DNA of 7,081 bases from Neoechinorhynchus agilis (lineage: Eukaryota > Animalia > Acanthocephala), in assembly GCA_051530055.1 (NCBI GenBank), contig JBMGUZ010000098.1, positions 1 through 7,081 of the forward strand, given 5' to 3'. Below the pieces are notes generated by a model. The model did not search any database and was not told the origin of the DNA. It saw only the letters and a list, made by a program, of their open reading frames with translations. Both the position numbers and the translations under genes were made by a program. This document shows positions 1-7,081 of this stretch, piece after piece; within the stretch, counting starts at the first letter, position 1; each line of letters begins with the position of its first letter.

Positions 1-1071
1 GCATCTTTGACCTGTCTCCTTGACTTAGATGGTTTGATGAAAAAGCATCTTGAGAAGGTAACGAACTGCGCCATCACTGATGAAGCTTGGCAACAAGCTG
101 CCCTTCCGATCAAATACGGAGGTTTAGGCTTACGAAGTGTGGCTGGTTTGGCCCTTCCGGCATTCGTATCCTCGATGCACAAGACGGAGGAATTACAGGG
201 GGAAATTCTCTTAAACAGAATGTCGAAGCCATGCAAACTATTGAAACAGGAAGTCACATCATGGCTCTCGCAGACCGGTCTGCAACAAGCTCCAACCAAC
301 GCGCACGAACAATCTGCTTGGGATAAACCCTTAATCCTGACGGCTCACAACAAACTAAAAGGCCAGATGGACGAGATGTCTCAAGCTAGACTTGTGGCCA
401 GTTCCTCGAATGAGTCAGGCGCATGGTTGAACGTTTTGTCAATTGGTACTTTGGGAACTTTGCTGGACGACGAGGCAGTTCGAATAGCCGTCGCTCTACG
501 TTTAGGACTTCCAACCTGTGCCCCACACCAGTGCCGATGTGGAATAAAAGTTGACGTGCTCGGGAGACATGGACTCTACTGCAAGAGATCGAGCGGTCGT
601 TTCCCAAGGCACGAAGAGCTCAACGCGATCATTAGCATAGCTCTGAACTCGATCCACGTTCCAACGATCCTGGAGCCCAATCACCTCTATCGCTCGTATG
701 GTAAGCGTCCCGACGGTATAACCGTTTTCCCTTGGAAAGAAGGGAAGAGTCTAATTTGGGACGCAACATGCGTGGACTCACTCGCCCTGTCCAACCGGCA
801 AGATGCTTTAGCGGAGACGGGAGGAGCAGCGAGTGCCGCCGAAAGGAGGAAAGCGGAGAAATACAGTGAGCTCAAACAAAATTACATTTTCCTTCCTTTC
901 GGCGTGGAGACACAAGGGGCGCTGGGATCTTCGGCACGAAGCTTTTGTGCCGAACTCGGAAGACGACTTGCAGCACAAACAGGGGAGCGACGCGCGAGGA
1001 TTTTCCTGATCCAAAGAATAAGCCTCGCAATCCAACGAGGAAATGCGGTCAGCGCCCGGGGGACGATTTAA
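1..1071 (+). CDS. C-terminal part (5'-partial at window edge) of an RLE-type non-LTR retrotransposon ORF, CRE-like: post-RT thumb region, zinc knuckle and restriction-like endonuclease
   Basis: Frame 1 is open from base 1 (ASLTCLL...) to TAA 1069-1071. Motifs occur in the expected order: LPIKYGGLGLRS (103-138), C-x-C...H-x3-C knuckle (Cys 532, Cys 538, His 568, Cys 580), RHEELN (607), RPDG (706-717), WDAT (757), RRKAEKY (844-864), FLPFGVETQG, and terminal QRISLAIQRGNA. This PD-(D/E)xK layout is typical of CRE-clade elements. The RT core would lie upstream of the window. Confidence 0.85.
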   Translation, partial: ASLTCLLDLDGLMKKHLEKVTNCAITDEAWQQAALPIKYGGLGLRSVAGLALPAFVSSMHKTEELQGEILLNRMSKPCKLLKQEVTSWLSQTGLQQAPTNAHEQSAWDKPLILTAHNKLKGQMDEMSQARLVASSSNESGAWLNVLSIGTLGTLLDDEAVRIAVALRLGLPTCAPHQCRCGIKVDVLGRHGLYCKRSSGRFPRHEELNAIISIALNSIHVPTILEPNHLYRSYGKRPDGITVFPWKEGKSLIWDATCVDSLALSNRQDALAETGGAASAAERRKAEKYSELKQNYIFLPFGVETQGALGSSARSFCAELGRRLAAQTGERRARIFLIQRISLAIQRGNAVSARGTI

Positions 1072-1098
1072 TCTAAAATTGTCCTTTAAAAAAGAAAC

Positions 1099-1124
1099 AA
1101 TAAAAAGATTATTAGCAAAAAAAA
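1099..1124 (+). terminator. Putative polyadenylation signal and residual poly(A) tail of the CRE-like element
   Basis: AATAAA at 1099-1104, 12-nt spacer, then A8 at 1117-1124, just after the ORF stop. The context is A-rich, so chance occurrence is possible. Confidence 0.4.
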
Positions 1125-1225
1125 TCTCAGCTTATAATGGGGCATGATTTAATAATTTTTCCTAACCCTCAAGGACCATGTTATTATGGATCCTGAACGT
1201 ATTAAAAATTTTAATAACTCCATAG

Positions 1226-3137
1226 TTAACTCTTTTACAAACTCTACAAATCTCTTTTTCATCAATTAATCAAATTATCTTAACTGCGGCTAAAGAACAT
1301 TTAGTCACCTCATTTTTTATTTCGAGACGCGCGGCTTCTAAAGAAGCCAAAGCTTTTTATAAACAGGCAATTATTGCCAATTTACACGGCGACTCTTCGT
1401 TACATGCCCACTTCATGAAGAAGTTTTTTATTACAAAATTTTATGACAAAATTAAAAAAGACCAAATAATTATTAACAAGCAAACTCTGTTATCAAAGGA
1501 GTACTGGAATATTTTACTCCATCGTAGATTCTTAAGCTGGAAATCTAAAGCGGCATCTTGGATTGGAACAATCTCTTATCATAAGGTTATTGAAGCTATT
1601 CTTCTTTTTCATACTTTTAGTGCCTACTCCTCCCCTCCAATTCCTATTCTCCGTGGGAAAAAATTTAGATGGAATTTTAAAATGGAGGAGCTTTTGAATG
1701 CTTCAAAGACCAACATATCTAAGGCTTGTAACTTCCTATCTGTCTCTCCAAAGATTTTTACATCTCTGAACACTCAAGCTAGAACAACTATATTTAGGAA
1801 ATTTATCAACCAAAGAATTGATTTTGAGGATCTTTTAAAAATTAACGTGGTGAAAAAAGTTTTTATTCCTAAATCAAAAGGAGCCATCTCAAGTCCAAAC
1901 CATATTAGGATCATTTCTATTCAAAACCCTCTGATTTCATGCTTAGAGCGGGTTTTAAATCGTAAACTAATTCACTTTTTAGAAACTCATAATTTGATTC
2001 CCTCTTACTTTCATGGATTTATCAGACATCGGGGAGTTCACTCTCTTTTAGCTAATCTTCATAATTTAAACGAGAGAAAATATTGTGACAAAATCTTAAT
2101 TCAACTCGACTTAAACAAGGCATTTGATGCATTAGATAGAGTCTGTTTATATAAGGTACTGATGTTCTTAAAAATTCCTCAAAATTTAATATATAAAATT
2201 CAATATTTGATTGAATCAAAAGGCTTTTATTATGAAATTGATCCAAATAACACAATCTTTTACACTCGTTTCGGTGTTCCCCAAGGATCACCAATTTCAC
2301 CAACCCTTTTTTTAACCGTGATGATTTATGTTTTTAGACAAATTAAAGGCTTTCATAACATATTTCCATTAATCTACGCGGACGACATTTTCCTATTTGG
2401 AAAAGCTAGAAATCGATCTAGCTTACTGTCATATATTAGGAATTATCTTAAAATTTTATCTTTGTTATTAAAGGAAGCCAATCTTATAATCAATATGAAT
2501 AAAACTTTTATTATCCCCCTCACTAAAACTAGCTCTTCAAGAAAATCATTAATGAATTTACTTAAAAACACAAATGATTTTTCTTACTCTAATATTGTTA
2601 AACATTCACGAATTTTTAAGCGTTGATTTCCCGTCTAAAAATCATCGTTTCTTTATTAATAGAAATCTTAAAACTACTTTTAGTAAAATTAAGTATCTAC
2701 TTAAATGCACTCAACATTTGGCTTTTAATCCGATTTTTATATACCGGGCATTGAAAACTATCACAGGGGGATCAACATGTTTCTTTGCATGAGTACGTCC
2801 GCCTGAAAATAGATTCATCTTCTTCAAATATTTTATCACTAAACTAAAAAACTTATTTTACTCCTTAGGAGTTGACTTTGATCCTCTAGTCTCGTTCTTA
2901 CATAAATTATTCTTGACTAAAATTTGGTTTTTTACTCTAGATGTAAATTACTGTAAATTTATAAGAGCAGACAATAACATTTTTAGGTACCCAGCAAATA
3001 TACTTCAACAATCAATGGACACTTCGAATATCAAAAATCATATAAATATTCTTTCAACGAATGAGCAATTTTTATTTAATATTTTAATGGAATCGATATC
3101 TGATTTGGATTCGAGATTAATTACTAACATGTTTTAG
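1226..3137 (+). pseudogene. Disrupted AT-rich non-LTR retrotransposon ORF2 (linker, RT and thumb region), about 636 codons when joined
   Basis: Frame 2 is open 1226-2611. Skipping one base at ~2612 joins KHSR to FLSVDF, resembling the RT end motif (Y/F)LG(V/I). Frame 3 then continues 2613-3137 with a single in-frame TGA at 2790-2792, linking track ORFs 2574..2792 and 2913..3137. IYRALKTITGGSTCFFA* resembles the LYxxLxxxxxYGSxxW thumb motif. No endonuclease, RNase H or zinc knuckle was recognised in the window. Confidence 0.7.
1415..2626 (+). CDS. Non-LTR-type reverse transcriptase domain (uninterrupted portion of a longer disrupted ORF)
   Basis: RT motifs in order: FIPKSKG (1862), IRIISIQ..LERVL, PSYFHGF...RGV, LDLNKAFD (2105-2128), GVPQGSPISPTLF (2273), catalytic YADD (2375-2386). 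DLxKAFD and GVPQGSxxSPxLF are non-LTR signatures. The frame is already open from 1226, so the ATG at 1415 is probably not a real start. Confidence 0.9.
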   Translation: MKKFFITKFYDKIKKDQIIINKQTLLSKEYWNILLHRRFLSWKSKAASWIGTISYHKVIEAILLFHTFSAYSSPPIPILRGKKFRWNFKMEELLNASKTNISKACNFLSVSPKIFTSLNTQARTTIFRKFINQRIDFEDLLKINVVKKVFIPKSKGAISSPNHIRIISIQNPLISCLERVLNRKLIHFLETHNLIPSYFHGFIRHRGVHSLLANLHNLNERKYCDKILIQLDLNKAFDALDRVCLYKVLMFLKIPQNLIYKIQYLIESKGFYYEIDPNNTIFYTRFGVPQGSPISPTLFLTVMIYVFRQIKGFHNIFPLIYADDIFLFGKARNRSSLLSYIRNYLKILSLLLKEANLIINMNKTFIIPLTKTSSSRKSLMNLLKNTNDFSYSNIVKHSRIFKR

Positions 3138-3204
3138 TTTTAACTGTAATTTTTTAAACGATAAATGTTTTCAATCAATCGTCATAACTCGACAATTAAC
3201 ACAC

Positions 3205-3336
3205 TCACCACCTCCCGCCGAATTCCAGCTTTTGTCCTTCCTCGACCGTCGCCATCACGCTGGCAGCATTGCCCCGTTGTACTGCTAGCGAGATATTTTG
3301 TCGAAGGATCAAAATGGATTCAACAGGAGAATGAGG
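3205..3336 (-). pseudogene. Fragment encoding the extreme C-terminus of a second CRE-like RLE ORF
   Basis: Minus-strand translation is PHSPVESILILRQNISLAVQRGNAASVMATVEEGQKLEFGGRW* (TGA at 3207-3205). LRQNISLAVQRGNAAS aligns with LIQRISLAIQRGNAVS at the end of the ORF at 1-1071. It is too short for the ORF track. A weak KQSY...IFIQF match in another minus frame (~3410-3455) suggests it extends to ~3460 across a frameshift. Confidence 0.75.
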
Positions 3337-3484
3337 TTAAGTATGAGGGAGTTGATCACTCCGACGCTCAACTTAACTTCCTCTTCACTGATCGACTACA
3401 ATACAAGAACTGGATAAAGATGATTAACTGTGTGTTTGCGTATGATTGTTTGTATGTGGCTATGATATTAAATTAAATTAAAAT

Positions 3485-3784
3485 TTGCCACTAAAAATGG
3501 GCGGACTTGGAATAAAATCCATTTTAAAAGAGGTCTGCTGTGCTCGCCTGGCTGCTCTGAGATACGCAGAAATGAGGATACTGAAACTTAGCAGTTCAGT
3601 TGTCGGGAAGGCAGACAGTTTTAAAAATTTCAATTGTAAAAATTCCGATGATTTTAATGTCTTAGAAAATTTTAATGTTTTAATAAATTTTAAGTTCAGC
3701 TCTTTAGTGGAACAATATGGTAAATCTTTAGTTTCACTCTCTAAAAAAGTTTGCAGAAGGTACCGGATCGCCAGTAAAACTTAA
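3485..3784 (+). pseudogene. Non-LTR retrotransposon fragment beginning at the post-RT GGLG motif; probably CRE/RLE-type; similarity fades after ~3620
   Basis: LPLKMGGLGIKS matches LPIKYGGLGLRS of ORF 1, with the same 10-residue spacing from GGLG to a conserved Ala (CARLAAL vs PAFVSSM). A stop lies just upstream (3479-3481). The distal half is low-complexity AT-rich sequence. Confidence 0.6.
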
Positions 3785-3852
3785 AATAGAACACAGCGTT
3801 CACCCTGAGTCGATAAACTGGCTGAGTTCTACCTTTCGTAGTTGTGTCGAGG

Positions 3853-3863
3853 TGGTCAAGAGG
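3853..3863 (+). promoter_or_regulatory. RNA polymerase III type 2 promoter A box
   Basis: TGGTCAAGAGG fits the TRGYNNARNNG consensus and lies 33 nt upstream of a perfect B box. Confidence 0.65.
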
Positions 3864-3896
3864 ACTAATGCCCGTGATCCCGATTAGGGGTCAAGG

Positions 3897-3907
3897 GGTT
3901 CGAATCC
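3897..3907 (+). promoter_or_regulatory. RNA polymerase III type 2 promoter B box
   Basis: GGTTCGAATCC is an exact match to GGTTCGANTCC. Confidence 0.75.
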
Positions 3908-4137
3908 GTTACCACCAAAGACGCACAGCCAAAGGGGACGAAATACCGCTGAAGGGAGGAAACTCACAGATGAGTCCCGCCTCCAGGAGGTACCTCAGGA
4001 TCCGGAGGAATGCACAAACTCTTAACCGTGCATCGGAGACCATGTGGTAAAATGACTTCACTGATGTAATCGGATTGACATAATGCCTAAAAAAATAAGC
4101 CGGACAAGAAAGGGACAGACTAAAATTTAATGACGGT

Positions 4138-4436
4138 AACGTTTTCGAAAAGCGCGTCTAAACTAAAGCGAAGCACTAAGAGTGGGTACACGAATGCGTT
4201 TTCAATTCTCTTGTTTTTTATTTTATTGATAACGTTTTTCAAAAGCGCGTCAAAATTAAAATGAAAAACAAAGAGTGAGTACGAAAATGCGTTTTCAAAT
4301 CTCGAGTTCTAATTTGAACCATAATGTTTTCCAAAAGTGCGTATAAATTAAAGCGAAGCACTAAGAGTGGGTACACGACTGCGCTTTAAATCTCGAGATT
4401 TTATATGATTGATAATGTTTTCCAAAAGCGCGTATG
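4138..4436 (+). repeat. ~92-bp tandem repeat, about 3.3 copies
   Basis: Units start AA(C/T)GTTTT..AAAAG(C/T)GCGT at 4138, 4231, 4323 and 4414 (spacings 93, 92, 91). All full units carry AAGAGTG(G/A)GTAC and TGCG(T/C)TTT. Confidence 0.9.
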
Positions 4437-7081
4437 AACAACTCAAGAACCATGAAAGCCATCGCAGATCCGAACTAAGATTTGGAATCAGCGCGTAAAG
4501 ATGTACAAAATGAATTGATTTAGAAAACTACAGCTTTATTATTCAGGTCGGTAATCGCATGATCATATTTAATCAAAAGTCACAAAAGTGAAAGATAACT
4601 AAATTTGCAAGATTCATTAAAATAGGATAACACCATTGAAATCAGTGCGCCGGATATGCTCAAACTAATATATCATTTTGTTACCAATTTTAAGCACGAT
4701 GGATAAAATGCAGGTGTCTTATACGAACTAGAATCTTAAAACTAATTGTCAAAATTTAACAAGCAACAAGAAGCCATTATTGCAGGTGTATTCAGCGTCA
4801 AAAGTAGATCAAGAATAGTAAATTTTATCTTAAATTTATTGATGTTTTAATATCAATAATCAAGGTAATAGGTCTCAAAATTGAACAACGAATAGCTCAA
4901 GAACAATGACAGCTATCGAAGATCCGAATACAGATTTAGAATCAGCGCGTAAATGTGTACTTAATAAACTGATTTAGTAAGCTACAGCTATATTATTCAC
5001 GTCGGTAATCGCATGATCATATTTGGTTAAAAGTCACAAGAGTGAAAGATTACTAAATTTGCAAGATTCATTAAGATCGGATAACACCGCTGACATCAGC
5101 GCGCCGGATATGCTCAAACTGATATATCATTTTGTTACAACTTTAAAGAACCATGGATATAATTCAGGTGTCTTTAATGAACTTCAATCCTTAAACTAAG
5201 TGTATAAATTTTAAAAGCCACATTAAACAGTGATTGCAGGTGTATTGAGCGTCAAAAGTATATCTAGAAAAGTTAATTTTATCTTAAATTTTATTGACGT
5301 TTTAATATCGATAATCAAGGTAGTTTGTCTCAAAAATTGAACAACGTATAACTCACGAACCGCCACAGCTAGCGCAAATCTGGATACAGATTTGGAATCA
5401 CCGCGTTAAGATAGACCAGATGATCATACCTACTGAACTACAACTGCAATATTCGAAGCGGGAATCGCATTATCATATTTGGTCAAAAGTCACAAGAGTC
5501 AAAGATCACTAAATTTGCAAGATTCATTAAAATTAGATCAAACAATTGAAATCAGCGCATTAGATATGCTCAAAATGTTTTATCATTTCCTAACAACTTA
5601 CGAGTACTACAGATTTAATTCAGGTGTCTTTTATGAACTTCAATCCTTAAACTAAGTGTAAAAATTTAAAAAGCCACATCAAACAGTGATTGCACGTGAA
5701 TTCAGCGTTAAAAGATGATCTAGAAAAGTTAATTATATCTTAAATAAGTATTGACGTTTTAATATCAATAATCGAGGTAGTTTGTCTCAAAATTGAACAA
5801 CGCATAACTCACGAACCGTTACAGCTAGCGCAAATCTGGATAGAGATTTCGAATCACCACGTTAAGATAGACCAGATCAACTGACTTACTAAACTACAAC
5901 TGCAATATTCTTAGCGGGAATCGCATTATCACATTTGGTCAAAAGTCACAAGAGTCAAAGATCACTAAATTTGCAAGATTCATTAAAATTAGATAACACA
6001 ATTGAAATCAGCGCATTAGATATGCTCAAAATGTTTTATCATTTCCTGACAGCTTACGAGTACTACAGATTTAATTCAGGTGTCTTTAATGAACTTCAAT
6101 CCTTAAACTAAGTATATAAATTTAAAAAGCCACATCAAACAGTGATTGCAGGTGAATTCAGCGTTAAAAGATGATCTAGAAAAGTTAATTATATCTTAAA
6201 TAAGTATTGACGTTTTAATATCAATAATCAAGGTAGTTTGTCTAAAAATTGAACAACGCATAACTCAAGAACCATTTCAGCTATCGCAAATCTGGATTGA
6301 GATTTGGTATTAGCGCTTTAAGATGGACCAGATGTACTGACATTCTAAACTACAACTGCAATATTCGAAGCAGGAATCGCATTATCATATTTGGTCAAAA
6401 GTCACAAGAGTCAAAGATCACTAAATTTGTAAGATTCATTAAAATTAGATAACACAATTGAAATCAGCGCATTAGATATGCTCAAAATGTTTTTGTATTT
6501 CGTAACAACTTTCGAGCACCACAGATTTAGTTCAGGTGTCTTTTATCAACTTCAATCCTTAAACTAAGTGTAAAAATTCAACAAGTAACATTAAATTGTA
6601 ATTGCAGGTGAATTCAGCGTCAAAAGTAGATATAGAAAAGTTAATTTGATCTTAAATTGATTGAAGTTTTAATATCAATAAGCAAGGTAGTTGGTCTCAA
6701 AATGTAACAACAAATAACTCAAGAACCGTGATAGCTATCGTAAATCCGAAAACAGATTTGGAATCAGCACGTTAAGATGTACTAAATTAGCTGACTCCGT
6801 ACACTATAGCTGTAATATTCGCATCGGAAATTGCATTGTCATATTTTGTTAATATTCACAAGTGAGAAAAATCACTAAATTTTCAAGAATCATTTAAATA
6901 GGATAACAGCATTGAAATCAGCGCGTTAGATATGCTCAAAATGTTTTGTATTTCGTAACAACTTTCGAGCGCCACAGATTTAGTTCAGGTGTCTTTTATC
7001 AACTTCAATCCTTAAACAAAGTGTAAAAATTCAACAAGTAAAATCAAATTGTAATTGCAGGTGAATTCAGCGTCAAAAGTA
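4437..7081 (+). repeat. ~455-bp tandem satellite array, about 5.8 copies, truncated by the window end
   Basis: The marker CTCA(A/C)GAAC occurs at 4442, 4896, 5352, 5808, 6264 and 6718 (periods 454, 456, 456, 456, 454). An independent marker (G/T)TCACAA occurs at 4579, 5033, 5489, 5945, 6401 and 6855. No ORFs in the track. Confidence 0.95.

Larger units (their letters stand above)
1..1124 (+). mobile_element. 3' end of CRE-like non-LTR retrotransposon including short 3' UTR and A tail
   Basis: The RLE ORF ends at 1071 and is followed by a ~45-nt A-rich UTR and an A8 run at 1117-1124. Composition drops abruptly from roughly balanced GC to strongly AT-rich after 1071. The 3' boundary is inferred; no TSD is testable because the 5' end is outside the window. 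Confidence 0.65.
3846..3917 (+). pseudogene. tRNA-derived head (Leu/Ser-like D region); not a functional tRNA
   Basis: GTCGAGG-TGGTCAAGAGGACTAATGCCC resembles the eukaryotic tRNA-Leu/Ser pattern TGGCCGAGCGGTCTAAGGCGC. The T arm is AAGGG-TTCGAAT-CCGTT with one mismatch. The acceptor stem and a 7-nt anticodon loop cannot be formed. Confidence 0.65.
3846..4096 (+). mobile_element. tRNA-derived SINE-like element
   Basis: tRNA-like head with Pol III A and B boxes, GC-richer structured body, A7 run at 4089-4095, and no T4 run between 3846 and 4142. No TSD found; the 3' boundary is uncertain. Confidence 0.6.

Noticed and set aside
87-1035. Short overlapping or antisense ORFs 87..326, 386..607, 502..684, 687..875, 808..1035
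   Set aside because: These are shadows of the main RLE ORF with no recognisable motifs.
1082-1225. Coding continuation of the AT-rich ORF back to the CRE stop codon
   Set aside because: Short Lys/Ile-rich frames are expected in A-rich DNA, there are several stops, and no APE motif was seen. The AATAAA plus A8 reading explains 1072-1124 better.
2052-2303. 83-aa minus-strand ORF
   Set aside because: It is antisense to the RT core and has no motifs.
1415-2626. Group II intron, retron, DGR or CRISPR-associated RT
   Set aside because: Motifs are non-LTR type (DLNKAFD, GVPQGSPISP). No intron domain V, template/variable repeat pair or cas genes were seen.
2790-2792. TGA read as Trp (alternative genetic code or mitochondrial retroplasmid origin)
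   Set aside because: The same ORF uses TGG for its four other Trp codons, and it also carries a frameshift. A TGG>TGA nonsense mutation is simpler.
3202-3212. Minus-strand splice donor GTG/GTGAGT suggesting a host exon
   Set aside because: It overlaps the TGG-TGA end of the retroelement fragment. No acceptor or partner exon was found.
3165-3476. 103-aa plus-strand ORF with a vaguely PH-domain-like end (FLFTDRLQYKNWIKMI)
   Set aside because: It is antisense to the much better supported CRE-like fragment, and there is no other gene evidence.
3846-3917. Functional tRNA gene ending in CCA
   Set aside because: The 5' end GTCGAGG does not pair with the 3' end, and there is no canonical anticodon arm (CTAAT/ATTAG closes a 13-nt loop). 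Best read as a SINE head or pseudogene.
3844-4050. 68-aa ORF with GTG start
   Set aside because: It lies over the tRNA-derived head and structured SINE body. It is short and explained by local GC content.
3972-4060. HDV-like ribozyme (GCC-UCCAGGA-GGU resembles P3/L3, followed by GG and a P4-like hairpin)
   Set aside because: No valid 7-bp P1 starting with G, L3 deviates from UYCHCGY, the J4/2 candidate has U where the catalytic C should be, and P2 cannot stack next to P3.
4138-7081. CRISPR array
   Set aside because: Units are 92 and 455 bp and homologous along their whole length, with no short repeat and unique spacer alternation.

Overview
Non-genic, apparently eukaryotic repeat landscape with no host gene recognised. 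From left to right: (1) the 3' ~1.1 kb of a restriction-like-endonuclease (RLE) non-LTR retrotransposon of CRE type, with an intact ORF end, AATAAA and an A8 tail; (2) a very AT-rich, lightly disrupted non-LTR reverse transcriptase ORF with an intact YADD motif (~1226-3137); (3) two short head-to-head CRE-like fragments (minus 3205-3336, missed by the ORF track, and plus from 3485); (4) a GC-richer tRNA-derived SINE-like unit (~3846-4096) containing a degenerate hammerhead-ribozyme-like motif; (5) a ~92-bp x 3.3 minisatellite; (6) a ~455-bp x 5.8 satellite array that runs off the window end and is itself a trimer of diverged ~150-bp subunits. No CRISPR, rRNA or functional tRNA is supported. 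All family assignments come from motif recognition by eye, not database searches.
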